A stretch of DNA of 64,000 nucleotides from Antedon mediterranea (taxonomy: Eukaryota; Animalia; Echinodermata): positions 19,729,237-19,793,236 of the forward strand of contig NC_092672.1 in assembly GCF_964355755.1 (NCBI RefSeq). The letters are read 5' to 3'. Every line of letters starts with the position of its first letter. The stretch's first letter is position 1. The notes beneath the pieces are model-generated. The model searched no databases. It saw only the letters and a list, made by a program, of their open reading frames with translations, and had not been told where the DNA came from. Below are positions 59,471-64,000 of the stretch, one piece after another. The position numbers and the translations under genes are program-made.

Positions 59471-62400
59471 TAGACCCTAGTAGTAGGGAAATGCGATCAT
59501 CATCATGAATCATGGTGATGGCAGGTGCTTTGGTATTAGCGATCCTGTGACAATGACCTGATCGCGTTTTCATAAAATTGAAACAGTTTATAATTCGTGA
59601 TGCGAAAGGCATGCAACGGTATCCATGGTTGACTGACTTCCGCGTCTCGCGTCGCCACTTCGAAAGCTCACTATTGCCATACCGGAAGTACCTTTATCAG
59701 GGAATTCCCCCAGATGGTCACATTGAACGTGTGTTTACAAGCGGAAAAAGTAGACTACGATCTTTTTACCAATTGTTAACACGCTATGGGAGTGTCATTT
59801 CCGGCCAACTATAGGTGCCATTTATCATAAATTTTACGTGCGAGAATACAATTTCCAACCGTCTGGGGGTGTCATTTAACAAAATTTGCTTCACCACAGG
59901 TCCCACCTGTGCCTCATGTACTTGATGACTGGTTGCGTCCCCTCTCCCCTTTACTAGAAGGCTGGATCCGCCCTTGTTTATGATGAGCAACAATGCCTGT
60001 TTCCTGTGTGGTGTAATTAAAAAGAAGTAAATATGATTGCAACTTCATTCTCCTTGTACCTCCTTTTACACCCCTTGAAAATAAATTACATAAATGAATA
60101 ATTAAATATCAAAATGAATAATTATAAACATAATGTAAGTCCATCATGTACTTCATATTTCATATCATAAAACGCTACCACAGGCACTAATAATAGAATT
60201 AGAAGCCAGGCATATACAGTAGGCACATTGGTGGGCTAGTTTGTCCTGTCACATCTGGACCGATTCGTCCTGAATTCAACTAGTTATAGTAGCCTAGGCA
60301 GTAAGTAACGTAATGCTAAACATAACCTAGTGTTAATTACATGCATTAGGTGTTTCAAGCTTATTTTTGGCAAGATCGGCGTACATGAGTTAGAAACATG
60401 AACAAACCATACTTACCACCGATTCGAAGTTTGAAATGTGCGCTGAGCACATGCTATCTCTCAATATTTGCTAGCAATGACTTCTTAAGTGATTTGATTG
60501 TGACGCAAGATTTATCGAATGCAGCATTTGACAATTTGCAAATAAATTGGTCTAAAAACACATTTTTCGCAAAAATGTGCCGTTCTAACATCGATTAATA
60601 AATAAAAGGAACTAAAAGGTGTCCCAGCTCTAACGGCGCTAGCGGTTTTATTATATTAGGAGAAGATAGAGTAAATAGGCTTAATTGGTTATTGATTAGG
60701 CCAAATAAAACCTCCTTTTTAAAAAACTTTTTTTTGTAAAGTTGCCCAAGAAACACCACTGAGAAGATCATTTTTTACTTTTATAACTTAATTGCTAAAT
60801 TGTGTGTGCGGCCAAATATTATTTGAAAGGTATTAAATTTCTAGACTGGTATTTTGTTTGGATATCATAGATGAAACTACCCCTACAGCATCGCAAAGAA
60901 GAATATTAATAGTTCTGAAGATTTTTTTTGTAATTATGATTTTATATAATTAGTATGTCACGACACCATTGCCAGTGGGTTTGGTGTGTTGTGGAGGGTG
61001 GACTCAAGACAAGAATAATATACATATAAAACACTATAATATTATATGTCCAGATTATCTTCACGTGAATTATCTTCACGAGTCCATTTCCAATTTTACG
61101 TCGAAATACAGTACTCTTTGTTCATGTCACTCCCATATTTCCACTCCATCTTATCCATAATTTCTTCGGTGATTTCTCTGATGTTTTCTAAGCTGAATCT
61201 TCTTAATCTTGGCACTTCTCTATTCTCAAGTGGCACTGTAACACAGACAAATATACCGTAGTATACAGTTCATTTACAGTACCCTATAACATTCATTAGA
61301 CCAACAATCTATTTTATAAATATAACTATTCTACTTACAATGCAGCCTAATTCATTACTCGTACGCAAATCCCAATTTCATTGTCTTATGGTGACAATGC
61401 TCACTCGCTTCCCGTTGTCTACAAAAAGACTGTATGCGCTACTCCGCAGTCTACACAAAACATCGTTATTCAAATAATTTGCTCATTACCATAATTATAG
61501 TGATCACCTGTTGGATTATTATTATTTTGTGACAAAGTAGTCAAATTTTGAAAATCATATTTCACAGTGTAAACTTTTTAATCAAAAATACTATGTAGAA
61601 ATGTTGTCATCAGTGACTTAACTATCAATACTGTGCAACTCCTTTTCATAATAACTGTCTCAGTTGGGTTCACTTCCAGGATTCAACATTTTTTTAAATT
61701 ACTACTTTTCTGAAATATGGTGAGGGACCTGAATGATGTATCTCTACAAAACATTAAAGACCCCCACCCTGCATTGAGTAACTCTTTTAGAACAATTCTG
61801 TCTAACATTTTATAGTATGTAAATACAGGTTCCTGGCAAAGAAGCATAAAGTGGACGTAGTTGTGCAAACATGAGGGAGGTTTTGCGACACGGATACGTC
61901 ACACCAACTTATTCGTTTTTGTAAGCCAGTACAAATCTGTTTCGAAATATTGAGGGCGCCATCCAAAATATGACTGCTGTAAATTTGAATGAAGCGCATG
62001 TACATGTTGTAATGGAGGTTGCCTATAGGCCTAGTATAGTGAGAGAGGACTTTAAAAACTGCTATTTATCAAAATTGACTTGGCATTTTTACTAAATTAC
62101 TTTCAATAAATTATCTATAATTATATTAAATAATCATGAATCATTTTTTATTCAATGCAAAGTGTGCAAAATAGATAAAAAAACTATGACTCAGCTCAAA
62201 AGTTTAATAAATGTATGACCTATCCGTTTCCATTATCGTATTCGTAAGGTTGCGAAACCTCCATATTAGTTGGTGCCATCATATATCAACATCTTTATAG
62301 GCTATGTAGAATCTGTAGCAAAACTAGCATCGATATGACTTGCGGTTTTAATCAAATACTATAAATGAAAATAGAGAATATTTAATCTTCTATTTTTCCT

Positions 62401-64000
62401 ACACCCCTCTTGCTTGTCTTCGTTCGGCTGATCAAAACCTACTACTTGTTCCTAGAATTAACACCAAATCTTATGGACAAAGGTCTTTTATGTTCTTCGT
62501 GAGGTGGTTTCCCGAAAGATCGTAAAATCAAAACGGTACTGGGTATGACCAACTAGCGTTATTGTCACCGGCTAGTCATCCATTCATAGAAGTACTGATG
62601 TAGTAGCCTACCTGTATATTTCTTGCACCTTTCTGCTGCCTTATGAATATACCATCTATATTGTTCACCCATAACACAAGGTTTGTTAAACATACCCTAC
62701 TTAGAACAATTACTAAAATGTCACAGTGGACTGAAAATGTTAAGATATTTGCTCTATTTACATGTGATAGAACCGAGGTTTCAGGGTAATAACAGGAGAT
62801 GTGGAGTTTGGTTATCGTCAAAACAAGTGAACAGTAAGCAGTACAAAACAGCAAACAGACCATGGACAATGACTGCAAGTTGGGTAGACACAGGGTTTTC
62901 CGGTCCCATAGGGGATTTTGAGGGATCGAACCATAGCTATCTATTCCTCAATCCATACAATCCCACAAAGTAGTTTTCAAAAGAAACGGGTCACCAAATT
63001 ATAATTCTAATATATTATTATGGTATGTTTATGCCGTACATATTGTAGCAGAAACAGGGCCTATTTTACATTAATGGCTCATTGGGATGACTAAAGGTTG
63101 GTATTAATAGTAATACCTAAGGGTAGACTCACAGCGTTAGGTTTGTTATCCAACACAAGGTAATCCTCTCTTGCTAGGGTTACTATTAACGCAAATGGCG
63201 AGGCGTAACAGCTTCCTAACGGTAATCTGCAGCTTACATAACGCCACCGTGAGTCTGAACATACCCTAAGACACTGAACAGTACTATGTTTAAAAATAAA
63301 GGTGATTAATCAAAGACTCCAGCTGATAACTCCTCCACATAAAACTCCTAGAAAGTAGGAAGCCTTTTGTCCTCTTCCCTGACTGACTGAGCAGATATAT
63401 ATGATCTCTCTATTAATAATTTATATTGTAAACCTTATTATGTAAACAGAAATATCAATGAAAATTCTTCTTCACTAAAAAGTTTTTAAAGATATGCTAC
63501 ATTATTAGCAATTTACACCTAAATCCAGCCCTCAGTCTTAACCCTTTTCCAACATGCAATTTGTTTTTTGAGGATATTCACTACATTATTAGCAAATTAC
63601 CCCCTAAATCCACCCTTTTCCAACATGGCTGTTGAAAAAGTGTGTCATCCATTGGAATAGTTTTATTGCCAGTATTGTATGTCTGTGGATTTTCCATCTG
63701 AATTGACATAGCAGCAATCAATCATTGTGCCACTTATGAATTTCATGTGTGAGAGCATTTCCGGCCATCTAGAGGTGTCATCTATATATAAATTTACGTA
63801 AGGGCAAAATTCGGTAAATCGCGCCTTACTTTTAGAATTTTTACTCGATGGTATGTAAAGTTGGTTCGTACTTTCGGTACTGATTTTAACCACCTGATGT
63901 AACCCTGTTTACTAATTAAATTAAGTTAGATAATTAGTTATTGACGATTAAAACGAATTTAGGTTCAAAGATTTGCCCCAAATAGGGGTGTTTTCCGATC

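Overview
AT-rich animal genomic DNA. It has spliced GT-AG exons and Nin/Deu-domain SINEs, so a marine invertebrate, possibly a deuterostome, is inferred. The dominant features are two full-length, intact, related but distinct DIRS1-group tyrosine-recombinase retrotransposons (4576-10000 and 10065-15431). They lie in the same orientation only 64 bp apart, each with ITRs, a 26-bp right extension, an ICR, gag, RT-RNaseH-methyltransferase and YR. The best candidate for a new mechanism is a conserved recoding cassette. In both elements gag and the long YR frame are one reading frame interrupted by a single CGG-TGA-CG, and a bulged GC hairpin conserved in structure but not sequence follows 11-12 nt later. 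Pol is in the +1 frame and, in element 2, can only be entered from gag within 11 nt of that stop. This suggests one site yields Gag, a Gag-YR readthrough product and Gag-Pol. The elements sit upstream of, or in an intron of, a tandemly duplicated ankyrin-repeat gene (copy A 16745-27854, copy B 42966-46906). Its ankyrin exon has diverged more than the flanking introns, and changes in the coding exons are mostly non-synonymous. The rest is SINEs, LINE fragments, MULE/Kolobok/Harbinger/hAT/Helentron-like non-autonomous elements, several minisatellites and many apparent TA-duplicating excision footprints. All alignments were done by eye; no database search was run.
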